The notes under the pieces: generated by a model
Database searches by the model: none
What the model was told of the DNA's origin: nothing
The model's input: only the letters and a program-made list of their open reading frames with translations
Made by a program: the position numbers and the translations under genes
Assembly (NCBI GenBank): GCA_045576255.1
Contig: JAZNGD010000003.1
Location: 1-42,478, forward strand
Direction: 5' to 3'
Source of the DNA: Candidatus Enterousia sp.
GTDB lineage: Bacteria; Pseudomonadota; Alphaproteobacteria; Rs-D84
DNA: 42,478 nt
Shown: piece by piece, positions 1 to 9,832 of the stretch
Position numbering within the stretch: the stretch's first letter is position 1
Layout: the number at the start of each line of letters is the position of its first letter

Positions 1-444
1 TATTACGTTCGTTCCATCGTATGTCCAACCGCTTACCTGCATACGTCGCGTGCCAGCGTCAGTAGTATCTTGGTACAGTAATTCTGGAATCGCAGACAGG
101 TCTATGTCCCCTATGGTTGCGCCATATTCCAATGTAATATCTGTTGAAAATTCGGTATTAGCAGTGTTGTATGCGCCGCCAGTCAGAAATACCAGTTTAA
201 ATTTGTTTGGTATACAATCTTGGCCTGTCGTTGTTGTCACTGCGCCATCGGCATTAATACTGTGTCCAACATTACAAGTACATTCAGTTGCATTTTCGGT
301 ACTGCTGGAATTGGCAGGGCAGGTCACACAAGCGTCATCTTGTATAAAAGTACCGCTGTCGCACTGGACTGCGAACGCGCCAAAAGAAAAAAATACAGTA
401 AATAAAATCGACAAAAATCCTAGACGAACAGGTCTTTTATACAT
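1..444 (-). CDS. secreted cysteine-rich repeat protein, N-terminal part (gene runs off the left edge of the window)
   Basis: Absent from the ORF track because there is no stop inside the window. Hand translation of the minus strand from ATG 444..442 (AGAGGA about 7 nt upstream) gives MYKRPVRLGFLSILFTVFFSFGAFAVQCDSGTF..CVTCP..ECTC..GWTYDG and stays open to position 1. The N-terminus looks like a signal peptide. The + ORF 50..475 is its antisense shadow. Confidence 0.55.
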   Translation of the reverse strand, partial: MYKRPVRLGFLSILFTVFFSFGAFAVQCDSGTFIQDDACVTCPANSSSTENATECTCNVGHSINADGAVTTTTGQDCIPNKFKLVFLTGGAYNTANTEFSTDITLEYGATIGDIDLSAIPELLYQDTTDAGTRRMQVSGWTYDGTNVI

Positions 445-513
445 AGTTTTTCCTCTCTTTCAAAGAACAGTGTAGAAAAAAATAGCTTGTTTACGCAAGT
501 AAAAAAAATCAAA

Positions 514-544
514 TAAAAAACGCGCCACTGGCGCGAATCTTTTT
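514..544 (-). terminator. intrinsic terminator downstream of tRNA(CAU)
   Basis: GC hairpin cgcgcc-act-ggcgcg (521-535) flanked by an A-run and a T-run. Confidence 0.6.
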
Positions 545-620
545 GGTGGGTTAGGTAGGACTTGAACCCACGACCAAAGCGTTATGAGCGCTCCGCTCTA
601 ACCAACTGAGCTACTAACCC
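544..620 (-). tRNA. tRNA with CAU anticodon (Met or lysidine-modified Ile2; the body looks Ile-like)
   Basis: Hand-folded 77-nt cloverleaf: acceptor GGGTTAG/CTAACCC, anticodon loop CTCATAA, T-loop TTCAAGT, encoded CCA. The variable and T regions (TGGTCGTGGGTTCAAGTCC) resemble Ile tRNAs. Confidence 0.88.
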
Positions 621-710
621 ACAAAATGTATTATATAGTTTTAAGTTTTATATTGCAAGATAAAAATTATTTATTTTTAATTTTATTATATTTGTGTACA
701 ATAAGCACAA

Positions 711-1982
711 ATGAACACCATAAAACCAATTTTAAATGAATCTCAGATGGCGGCTTTTGACGCGATTGAACGGACTGGTTCCAATCTGTTAATATTGGGG
801 CCGGCCGGCACCGGTAAATCAACATTTGTAAACTTTTTAAAATCTGCTTCCAAGAAAAGAATTGTCTGCGCGTGTCCAACTGCGGTATCTGCGCTGAACG
901 TTGGGGGGCAAACAATACATTCGCTTTTTCAAATTCAACCGCGTGATTTTATTTTCCCAGAATTTTTAAAATTAAAGGCAAAACCAAGAAATATTTTGAC
1001 CGCAACAGATGTTTTGATTATTGATGAAATATCAATGGTGGCGCCAGATTTGTTGGACGCAATTGATGTTTTGGCGCGGTATGCGCGTCGTAATAATGAA
1101 CCTTTTGGCGGAATCCAAGTTGTTGCAATCGGCGATTTGTTTCAGTTACCACCGGTAATAACTGGTGACGCTGTACAGTATTATGAATCTGAATACGGCC
1201 ATTCAAACGCGTATTTTTTTGACAGCAATGTGTACAAACGCGCGAACTTTTTAAAATATAATTTTGATTTGGTCTATCGACAAAATGATTTGCCGTTGTT
1301 GGAAAACTTAATCAGATTAAGAAGTAATGACAAAACCGCCTTGGATTTTTTCAACAAATGCAGAATTGACGACGAAGTGCGACGCAAAAACGCTGTTTTA
1401 ATTACGCCTTTTCGTGCGGTCGCAGAACGTATAAATGCGACACGTTTGGAACAAATACCGGAAACGCCTGTTGTTTATAATGGCGTGCTGTCTGGCAATT
1501 TTTCTGATCGTGATGTTCCTGCGCCACTGGAATTGACTTTAAAAGTCGGTGCTTTGGTCGTTTTTGTAAAAAACGGTGACAAATGGCATAATGGTTCAAT
1601 GGGTGTTGTGCGCAATTTGTCTGCGCGCGAAATAGTCGTACAGTTGTTGTCAGATTCGCGCGAATTGGTCACTGTCAAGCCAGATAAATGGCAAAAAATT
1701 GAATATTCTCGCGATGAAAACGACAGGTTGGTTGAAAACGAAGTCGGGTCATATAAACAGTTTCCATTAAATTTAGGGTACGCAATGACAATACACAAAG
1801 CCCAAGGAAAAACTTTGGATGCGGTTGTGGTTGATGTGTCCAGGGGGTGTTTTGCGCATGGGCAAACATATGTTGCGCTGTCGCGCACGCGCAGTGCGTC
1901 TGATATGCACATTGCAGCCCCATTAAATGCGCGCGATGTTATTTTTGATAAACGCGTGTTGGAATTTGTAAATGATTTATAA
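711..1982 (+). CDS. PIF1/RecD-family SF1B DNA helicase
   Basis: Walker A LILGPAGTGKS, Walker B LIIDEISMV, GDLFQLPPV, MTIHKAQGKTLD and YVALSRTRS motifs. Confidence 0.85.
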   Translation: MNTIKPILNESQMAAFDAIERTGSNLLILGPAGTGKSTFVNFLKSASKKRIVCACPTAVSALNVGGQTIHSLFQIQPRDFIFPEFLKLKAKPRNILTATDVLIIDEISMVAPDLLDAIDVLARYARRNNEPFGGIQVVAIGDLFQLPPVITGDAVQYYESEYGHSNAYFFDSNVYKRANFLKYNFDLVYRQNDLPLLENLIRLRSNDKTALDFFNKCRIDDEVRRKNAVLITPFRAVAERINATRLEQIPETPVVYNGVLSGNFSDRDVPAPLELTLKVGALVVFVKNGDKWHNGSMGVVRNLSAREIVVQLLSDSRELVTVKPDKWQKIEYSRDENDRLVENEVGSYKQFPLNLGYAMTIHKAQGKTLDAVVVDVSRGCFAHGQTYVALSRTRSASDMHIAAPLNARDVIFDKRVLEFVNDL

Positions 1983-2363
1983 TTCTTTTTTCATCATAAT
2001 GGCATCAACGCCGTCATAGTATTTTGGGCGTACACCAATTTGATTATATCCATTAGATTCATATAATTTACGGGCAGGCAGATTATCTTTTGCGACTTCT
2101 AAAAAGATATTTTTTACACCGTTTTTTTTCAATTCTGTTTCCATAATCCCCAGCATTGCTGCCGCAATTCCGCTGCGTCGTGCATCGGGCGCAACCCCAA
2201 TTGTAATCAGTTCTGCTTCGTCAAGCGTGGTTCGCCAAACGATAAAGCCATTTTGACTGGCAATAATTTCGCAGCCCGATTTTTTTAAGTCGTTAAAATC
2301 GTCAGCCGTCCAAGGTTTGTGTGGAAAGCATTTTGCATGAAGATTTGCGAGTGTGTTTAGCAT
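1977..2363 (-). CDS. rimI: GNAT acetyltransferase, ribosomal-protein-alanine N-acetyltransferase RimI-like
   Basis: GNAT core motif (RRSGIAAAML..LEV...N..A..LYE..G) and the conserved position directly downstream of tsaB. Confidence 0.75.
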   Translation of the reverse strand: MLNTLANLHAKCFPHKPWTADDFNDLKKSGCEIIASQNGFIVWRTTLDEAELITIGVAPDARRSGIAAAMLGIMETELKKNGVKNIFLEVAKDNLPARKLYESNGYNQIGVRPKYYDGVDAIMMKKEL

Positions 2364-2366
2364 TTG

Positions 2367-2900
2367 TTATTTTTGTTCAGCATAACTTGGACGCAGATAC
2401 ATTGGTACCACAGGTTCAATATTTTTGTTTGCTATTTTCTGTTCGACGATTTTTGTCCCCAGTTTTAAGTCAAACGGTCTATGTCCGACTGTTCGTGGCC
2501 ATTCCATTTGTTTTGTTTCGATTTCTTCAATTTCCATTGTTTGTGGTGCCAGTCCGTCTGCGGCAACAAAAAAATCGCCACGCCCAGAATCGATTGCAAC
2601 AAACGCGTCTGGGGTTGCAGATAAATACAAATCAAACGCGCTGATACCAACGACAGGAATATTTAACCCTATTGCAACACCTTTGGCATAAGCGATACCA
2701 AGACGAATTCCTGTAAAACTGCCAGGACCGACCACAACACCAATCGCGGTTATATCGGACCATTTTGCGTCAGATTCGGCAATGAATTTTTCACATTCGA
2801 TTGGCAGTGCAACAGATTGCTTTTCGACGGCAACAGATTTATATTTGTTGTCTAAAACAAATTCTATGTCTTGTCCAGAAGTGTTTATGATTAAAATCAT
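2367..2900 (-). CDS. tsaB: tRNA t6A37 biosynthesis protein TsaB
   Basis: GPGSFTGIRLGIAYAKG motif, size of about 180 aa, tsaB-rimI synteny. Confidence 0.85.
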   Translation of the reverse strand: MILIINTSGQDIEFVLDNKYKSVAVEKQSVALPIECEKFIAESDAKWSDITAIGVVVGPGSFTGIRLGIAYAKGVAIGLNIPVVGISAFDLYLSATPDAFVAIDSGRGDFFVAADGLAPQTMEIEEIETKQMEWPRTVGHRPFDLKLGTKIVEQKIANKNIEPVVPMYLRPSYAEQK

Positions 2901-3220
2901 TTTTTATGTCCGTATTGTTTTTGATATTTTGTCATCATAATATCAAAGATTTTTTTTGCAAAAAGACCTTCTATGTATTCGGGGTTTTTCTTATATTCTT
3001 GTTCTGAAATATATACATAAAATTTTTCATATTCAGGACGGTCGGCCAGTAAAAATGTTTTAAGCGCACTTATATTTTTATTATTTATTTTACCTGTCAA
3101 TTTATATTGATAAGCGCCTTTTACCGGTTTGTCATAAGAATGTTTAAGTTTTAAACCTTGTATTTGGGATTGGTTGTCATTTAAAAAGCGATATGTTTGA
3201 ATTTTTTTAAAAATATTCAT
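2897..3220 (-). CDS. hypothetical protein
   Basis: The ORF-track entry 2897..3241 starts at TTG. The ATG at 3220 has AAGGA 8 nt upstream. No recognisable motifs. Confidence 0.5.
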   Translation of the reverse strand: MNIFKKIQTYRFLNDNQSQIQGLKLKHSYDKPVKGAYQYKLTGKINNKNISALKTFLLADRPEYEKFYVYISEQEYKKNPEYIEGLFAKKIFDIMMTKYQKQYGHKK

Positions 3221-3241
3221 TTGTTTTTCCTTTTTATACAA

Positions 3242-5005
3242 TTAAATTCGAACGCCGAAACCAATTTTCTTGGCAAAACCAGCAGATTTATGTGCCGATA
3301 ACAAGTCGTCAATTTTATCGATAGTAAATTCTGTTTTTATATCAGCACAATTGTTTTTTAACAGTTCGCGACGCAGCACAGCAGTTATTTCACGTTGTGC
3401 TTGGCGGACGCCTTGTTCAGAAGTATAATTTTGAATTATATGTCTGATTGCATCGTCGGACATAACGATATTTTCAGGTTGCCATCCTGTATCGCGTGCT
3501 GCGCGTTTAATCAAGTGTTCGCGTGCGATTTGTGTTTTTTCTTCCATAGAATAACCTGGAATTTCGATTATTTCCATACGGTCTTTCAAAGCGTTTGACA
3601 TATTCAAACTGTTTGCTGTTGCGATAAACAGAACATTAGACAAATCAAAATCAACTTCCAGATAATGATCGCGAAAAGTTTTGTTTTGTTCTGGGTCCAG
3701 TATTTCTAATAATGCAGATTCTGGATCGCCGCGCCAATCGCGTCCCATTTTATCGATTTCATCCAACACGATAACAGGATTGTTTGTTTTGCATCTTTTC
3801 AATGCATCCATTATACGACCGGTTTGTGCGCCGATGTATGTTTTACGATGTCCGCGAAAATGTGATTCATCGGAAATCCCACCCAACGAAATACGATGAT
3901 ATTTACGCCCAAGCGCATTCGCAACGGATTTTCCCAGTGATGTTTTTCCAACCCCAGGCGCACCAACCAAACACAGAATGCTGCCCTGATTAGTTCCTGT
4001 TTTTTTCATAACTGCGATATGTTCCAGTATTCTTTCTTTGACGTTTTCCATACCAGAATGTTCTGCGTCCAAAATTGCGCGCGCATATTCCAAATCGATT
4101 TCTTTTTTATCAGATTTCCCCCAAGGCATAGCTAACAATTCATCCAGATATGTTTTCAATAATCCGCCTTCGTTCGACATTGGCGACATAGAACGCATAC
4201 GTTTCCATTCGGACATTGCTTTTTCTTTTGCGTCATTTGACATCGCGGAATTTTGGATTTTTTTGCGCAAGTTTACGGTATCTGCTTCGCCATCGTCTTC
4301 GCCCATTTCGCGTTGGATTGCGCGCATTTTTTCTTGTAATATAGCTTCACGTCGACCGTTTTCCATTTGTTGATGGATTCGTTTGTTGATAGATTCTTCA
4401 ATTTTTGCGCTTTCAACAACCAATTTTACTTCTTCCAGTAATATAGTCAGTTTTTCATTCCAGCTGGGTGCGCATAAAATCTTGACAGCAACATCTGTGT
4501 CCAGGTCCAGCGTTTGTATAACAGAATCAACGAACGCCGACATAGGATAATTTTCAACAACGTTGCGAATTTTATCCATTTTAAATTTTCTTGTTGCGTT
4601 TGCCAAAGTTTGCATATTATCGGCGACAATATCGCGCAACATTAAAACAGATTCATCGTTTTCGTCGTTTGCGATTGCGATTTCATTTGTTTCCGCGGCA
4701 AATATACCATCTTTTAATTCAATGTTCTGCAAAGAAACCACGCCAGTTGTCTTGATAAGTGCGTGTATTGCACCGTCCGGCATTGTAAATATATGAATTA
4801 TATCGCCAATTGTACCAACGGAATATATATCGTCAATACTGGTTGGATACCCCCAAGTGTGTTGTGGAACCAGAATTAATTGTTGTTGTCCACTTTGGGC
4901 GGCGGTCTTTACACAATTGACAGACAATGGATTGTCTACTAATACTGGTACAGCGGTCCCCGGAGATACAACAAGATTTCTAAAAGGTAAAATAAATTTT
5001 TTCAT
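3242..5005 (-). CDS. Lon-like AAA+ ATPase (Lon N-domain plus AAA+ module, no S16 peptidase domain)
   Basis: ILPFRNLVVSPG Lon N-terminus, Walker A GAPGVGKTS, GHRKTYIGA, Walker B VIVLDEIDK and lid GVRQAQREI. The ORF stops at ..KKIGFGVRI, where canonical LonA continues into the protease domain. Confidence 0.85.
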   Translation of the reverse strand: MKKFILPFRNLVVSPGTAVPVLVDNPLSVNCVKTAAQSGQQQLILVPQHTWGYPTSIDDIYSVGTIGDIIHIFTMPDGAIHALIKTTGVVSLQNIELKDGIFAAETNEIAIANDENDESVLMLRDIVADNMQTLANATRKFKMDKIRNVVENYPMSAFVDSVIQTLDLDTDVAVKILCAPSWNEKLTILLEEVKLVVESAKIEESINKRIHQQMENGRREAILQEKMRAIQREMGEDDGEADTVNLRKKIQNSAMSNDAKEKAMSEWKRMRSMSPMSNEGGLLKTYLDELLAMPWGKSDKKEIDLEYARAILDAEHSGMENVKERILEHIAVMKKTGTNQGSILCLVGAPGVGKTSLGKSVANALGRKYHRISLGGISDESHFRGHRKTYIGAQTGRIMDALKRCKTNNPVIVLDEIDKMGRDWRGDPESALLEILDPEQNKTFRDHYLEVDFDLSNVLFIATANSLNMSNALKDRMEIIEIPGYSMEEKTQIAREHLIKRAARDTGWQPENIVMSDDAIRHIIQNYTSEQGVRQAQREITAVLRRELLKNNCADIKTEFTIDKIDDLLSAHKSAGFAKKIGFGVRI

Positions 5006-5086
5006 AGCTACATAAATATAAAGCTTTTTTATAAAATTTCAAGATATATAAAAATGTTAAATTGGAATGTTATCAAGGTTGTTTAT

Positions 5087-5113
5087 AAAAAAAACGCGCG
5101 GTTGCGCGTTTTC
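5087..5113. terminator. bidirectional intrinsic terminator
   Basis: aacgcgc-ggtt-gcgcgtt hairpin (5093-5110) flanked by A- and T-runs. Confidence 0.65.
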
Positions 5114-5131
5114 TTTGATTTGTGTCATTTT

Positions 5132-5356
5132 TTAACGACGACGAAATCCGTTGTGTTGTACAGAATTGCTGGAACGTTTTGATAAATAACGCGCTGCAAT
5201 CAATACCAACCATTCCAAAGATAAAACCGCCAACGCCAATAATTTTGTTTCAGTTCCAGACAGCCATCCTAATACATAAACCAACTGTGCAATAAAAGAT
5301 AAATACAAAATACCGAATACGCCTGTAAAGAATACTTTTTTAACTTTTCCGAACAT
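5132..5356 (-). CDS. small two-TM membrane protein, hypothetical
   Basis: AGGAAGG RBS 6 nt upstream of the ATG, two hydrophobic segments, terminator downstream. Confidence 0.55.
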   Translation of the reverse strand: MFGKVKKVFFTGVFGILYLSFIAQLVYVLGWLSGTETKLLALAVLSLEWLVLIAARYLSKRSSNSVQHNGFRRR

Positions 5357-5397
5357 TTTTTTGCCTTCCTATATTTTATAAAGATTTACTTTAAATT

Positions 5398-5743
5398 CAA
5401 AATGTCGGGTTTCTGGTGCCAGGTACCCGACCAACCCCGCAATAACTAAAACGAATACGGTCAACAATTGCCAACGGTATTCAAGCCATCATTAGGCAGC
5501 CATTGCAAGGCGAACGTTGTCGTTCGCAGCGATTCTATCGCCATTCAGTTTTTAGTCGGCTTTTAACGACGCCATGTCGGATTCAACCAGTTTGTCTTTC
5601 ATCATCTGTCGAAACTATGTCAGCCCCATAACCAAATATGACACAAAAATCATATCAGATAATGGTGGAGCTGTGGGGTACCGCCCCCCAGTCCAAAATG
5701 ACTATTGCACAACGGTTTCAGAATCATCACTGCGTTTGCAGCA
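5398..5743 (-). ncRNA. ssrA: two-piece (circularly permuted) tmRNA gene
   Basis: Minus strand. The acceptor piece ends ..GGGGCGGUACCCCACAGCUCCACCA (CCA at 5665-5663). After a 35-nt spacer the coding piece starts GGGGCUG (5627-5621), which pairs with CAGCUCC and includes the G3:U alanine identity pair. Tag ORF is GCG AAC GAC AAC GTT CGC CTT GCA ATG GCT GCC TAA = ANDNVRLAMAA (5527-5492). Terminal hairpin at 5404-5431 plus a U-run. Outer ends are approximate. Confidence 0.85.
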
Positions 5744-5748
5744 CGACA

Positions 5749-5777
5749 ATTATAGTCTTTTAGACTGGAAATTGCAA
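5749..5777 (-). promoter_or_regulatory. sigma70-type promoter of ssrA
   Basis: TTGCAA (5777-5772), a 17-nt spacer, then TATAAT (5754-5749) on the minus strand. Confidence 0.6.
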
Positions 5778-5795
5778 GTTTTTAAGTTATAATAA

Positions 5796-7363
<1,568 letters not shown>

Positions 7364-7432
7364 TTTTTTGATTTTTTGTTCTTTCTCTGCTATGATTTTG
7401 TTATGAACAAAAAATAAAGGAGAAAACAAAAC

Positions 7433-8056
7433 ATGGTATCATTAAAAGGCACACAGACAGAAAAAAATCTGTTAATTGCATTTGCTGGCGAATCCCAGGC
7501 GCGCAATCGTTATACAATGTATGCATCTGTCGCCAAGAAAGAAGGATTTCAAGCAATTTCTAAAATTTTCTTGGAAACAGCGGATCAAGAAAAAGAACAT
7601 GCATCACGCTTGTTTAAATTTATGGAAGGTGGCGAACTGGAAATTACGGCTTCTTTTCCTGCTGGTAAATTGGGTACAACGCTGGAAAATTTACAGACTG
7701 CTGCATACGGTGAACACGAAGAAAATACAGATATGTATCCAAAATTCGCACAGATTGCTGCCCAAGAAGGATTTCCTGCAATTGCAGAAATTTTAAAGAA
7801 TATTGGTTTGGCCGAACGTTATCATGAATCAAGATTTCGTGCGCTGGCCGAAGCAATCGAAGACGGTACATTGTTCAAACAAGATAAAATTGTTATGTGG
7901 CGTTGCACAAATTGTGGTATGTGGCATATCGGCACCGAAGCGCCAACTGTATGTCCAGCATGTTTGCATGAACAGGGCTATTTTATCAGCGAAGGCACAA
8001 CGGCGCGCTGTGACACAAACGAAGGTTTCTGTGAATATTCTTCGATTGATGAATAA
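7433..8056 (+). CDS. rbr: rubrerythrin
   Basis: Ferritin-like diiron motifs (E..ARNRY, EKEHA, EHEE, ERYHE) and a C-terminal rubredoxin-type CTNCG...CPAC. AAGGAG RBS. Confidence 0.9.
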   Translation: MVSLKGTQTEKNLLIAFAGESQARNRYTMYASVAKKEGFQAISKIFLETADQEKEHASRLFKFMEGGELEITASFPAGKLGTTLENLQTAAYGEHEENTDMYPKFAQIAAQEGFPAIAEILKNIGLAERYHESRFRALAEAIEDGTLFKQDKIVMWRCTNCGMWHIGTEAPTVCPACLHEQGYFISEGTTARCDTNEGFCEYSSIDE

Positions 8057-8085
8057 AAAAATCCCCCAATTGGGGGATTTTTATT
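8056..8085. terminator. bidirectional intrinsic terminator
   Basis: atccccc-aatt-gggggat hairpin (8061-8078) flanked by A- and T-runs, between rbr and the convergent small ORF. Confidence 0.75.
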
Positions 8086-8185
8086 TATCGCAATTGGCGG
8101 ATTTGCAACCGCATTTTTTTTCTTTGCCGTCACGTAATTCCGAGCAGTTTTTACATTTGCATTTTTTATTTTCTTTTTCTGACAT
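8081..8185 (-). CDS. candidate 34-aa cysteine-rich small protein (too short for the ORF track)
   Basis: Hand translation gives MSEKENKKCKCKNCSELRDGKEKKCGCKSANCDK. AAGGA lies 7 nt upstream of the ATG (8185-8183). The TAA stop abuts the 8061-8078 terminator. Confidence 0.4.
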   Translation of the reverse strand: MSEKENKKCKCKNCSELRDGKEKKCGCKSANCDK

Positions 8186-8329
8186 TTTTTATTCCTTTTT
8201 TTCTTTGTTAATATATTTTGTCCGGACATTTTTATTTTATCTGGCTAACATTTTTTTAACAATACGCACCTTTTCCCAAAAAAAGTGATTGTGTTTTATG
8301 AATAAGCATAATAATATATCAGTCATCGT

Positions 8330-8406
8330 CGGGGTGTAGCTCAGCCTGGTAGAGTACTTGCATGGGGTGCAAGGGGTCGCAGGTTCGATTCCTGTCACCC
8401 CGACCA
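8330..8406 (+). tRNA. tRNA-Pro(GGG)
   Basis: 77-nt cloverleaf: acceptor CGGGGTG/CACCCCG, anticodon loop ATGGGGT, T-loop TTCGATT, encoded CCA. Confidence 0.92.
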
Positions 8407-8613
8407 TATAAATTCAAATCGGCATTTATGCCGATTTTAATTTATATAGTGGGTATAACGGATTGAGCCTTTACATTGAGAATCAATGTACAGGTTCGAC
8501 TATGAGTAGACGTTCGCGCAAGTAGTGCAGCGAACGTCCAACGAATGCCCCGCAGTCCTGCATAGCAGGCGAGGGATTCCTGTCACCCCGACCATATAAA
8601 TTCAAATCGGCAT
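8387..8613 (+). repeat. 39-bp direct repeats (8387-8425 and 8575-8613) duplicating the tRNA-Pro 3' end and bracketing a 149-bp structured insert
   Basis: Exact repeat gattcctgtcaccccgaccatataaattcaaatcggcat. The insert has hairpins at 8472-8490, 8509-8538 and 8557-8569 and the motif AGGTTCGA..GAGTAGA shared with the insert at 26191-26326. Confidence 0.7.
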
Positions 8614-8701
8614 AAAAGGCATTTTTTGTGTTTTTGTTCTTGACAAACAATGTATTTGTATTACATTTTACTGTGTAAAGAATAAAAAAAGAGTGATTAG
8701 C

Positions 8702-9784
8702 ATGAAAAAAAAGACCGCGTTTACATTAAGTTTATTCGCATTGCTGGGTGCAGGAACAGGTTTGTCGATAAACAATAAACAAAAAAAAGATTTTGAAAAA
8801 AAACTGAAAACAGTTTTGATTCCTGACGCGGAAAAGAAATTTGACAGTTTGCAACACAAAAATAACGCATTAAATGACAGTATTGTCAAATACCAGGACG
8901 CGGTCGCTTTGCAGAATCAAAAATTGGATTCGGTTCGCAACGCAAACGCCCCAAGTTATGCGGCAAGACATCAATGCAGTGGTATAAGTGGTATATATGA
9001 ATTGCCTGATGATTTTGGTGAAATTTATTATTTGACGCTTGGGTTATATACTGATTGGTTTGTAAAAACTTATGATGTATTGCGTCAAGATTTGGGCAAT
9101 AACGAAACCGAAGCCAATGGAATTTGGGACAAGGAAGTGTATTCATATAACACAAACATATCAAAAGACACATTAAAAATGTACGAAGATTTGTATCATT
9201 TAGTAGGGAACAATTCCAATTTCTTCCCACGTGTTTTGGGCTATCAAGGGGACTTTGTTCTTAAACATCCTGTAAGTGTGCCAAATTTGGAATTGATATG
9301 TACTACGGAAGAAGAAATTCGTGAAAACAACAAATCTGTTTACAAAGATGTTACGACTTATGATACAAAAGACCTGGACGATTTTTTCTCTAAAACAATA
9401 TGTGGTATAAGAAACACTGTCTGCACATCTGATGTATCGTTTTTGGATTTTTATGAAGCGTTTGCCACCAAAAATACACACGTTGGATTGAAATTGGCTG
9501 TGTTAAAATCTTTGTTGTCGTTCACAGATGCCGTTGATAATTCGCAAGAAGTATTTTGCAATATGAAATTAAGGGCATTAGACGCACAAGTAAAGGCTTT
9601 GTTGCCAATCATAGAAACAGAATATGTTTTTGCACAGAAAAAGGACAGTTTGTCTGAAAAATTAAATGCGTTCAAATCAGAAAAAGATGAAACAGAAAAA
9701 CTTGTTTCTGAACAAGCACAAAAATTGCACGATTTGAAAACAAAAAATATAAGAAAGCTGAAGAAAGAAAATCGCAGCAGATAA
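8702..9784 (+). CDS. secreted or membrane-anchored coiled-coil protein, hypothetical
   Basis: The ATG at 8702 gives MKKKTAFTLSLFALLGAGTG, a signal-like N-terminus (the track start at 8693 is GTG). Both ends are K/E-rich and coiled-coil-like. Confidence 0.65.
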   Translation: MKKKTAFTLSLFALLGAGTGLSINNKQKKDFEKKLKTVLIPDAEKKFDSLQHKNNALNDSIVKYQDAVALQNQKLDSVRNANAPSYAARHQCSGISGIYELPDDFGEIYYLTLGLYTDWFVKTYDVLRQDLGNNETEANGIWDKEVYSYNTNISKDTLKMYEDLYHLVGNNSNFFPRVLGYQGDFVLKHPVSVPNLELICTTEEEIRENNKSVYKDVTTYDTKDLDDFFSKTICGIRNTVCTSDVSFLDFYEAFATKNTHVGLKLAVLKSLLSFTDAVDNSQEVFCNMKLRALDAQVKALLPIIETEYVFAQKKDSLSEKLNAFKSEKDETEKLVSEQAQKLHDLKTKNIRKLKKENRSR

Positions 9785-9804
9785 AAGACACGCTGTTAAC
9801 CGAC

Positions 9805-9832
9805 AAAACCGTCAATATATTGGCGGTTTTTT
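9805..9832. terminator. bidirectional intrinsic terminator between convergent genes
   Basis: ccgtcaa-tata-ttggcgg hairpin flanked by aaaa and tttttt. Confidence 0.6.

Noticed and set aside
50-475. 141-aa + strand ORF at the left edge of the window
   Set aside because: It is antisense to a better-supported minus-strand gene with an RBS, a signal peptide and Cys-rich repeats that is open to the window edge. The + ORF has no RBS and an odd composition.
5016-5043. Sigma-32-like CTTG-N16-CTTTATAT motif upstream of the Lon-like gene
   Set aside because: The -10-like element ends only about 10 nt before the start codon, leaving no room for a leader or RBS. The match is imperfect and easily arises in A+T-rich DNA.
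5574-5792. 72-aa + strand ORF
   Set aside because: It lies entirely inside the two-piece tmRNA gene and its promoter on the opposite strand.
8387-8613. Possible CRISPR-like repeat-spacer arrangement (39-40-bp repeats here and at 26151-26366)
   Set aside because: There are only two repeat copies per locus. The repeats are duplications of tRNA 3' ends and terminators, the intervening segments (136-149 bp) are far longer than spacers, and no cas genes are present.
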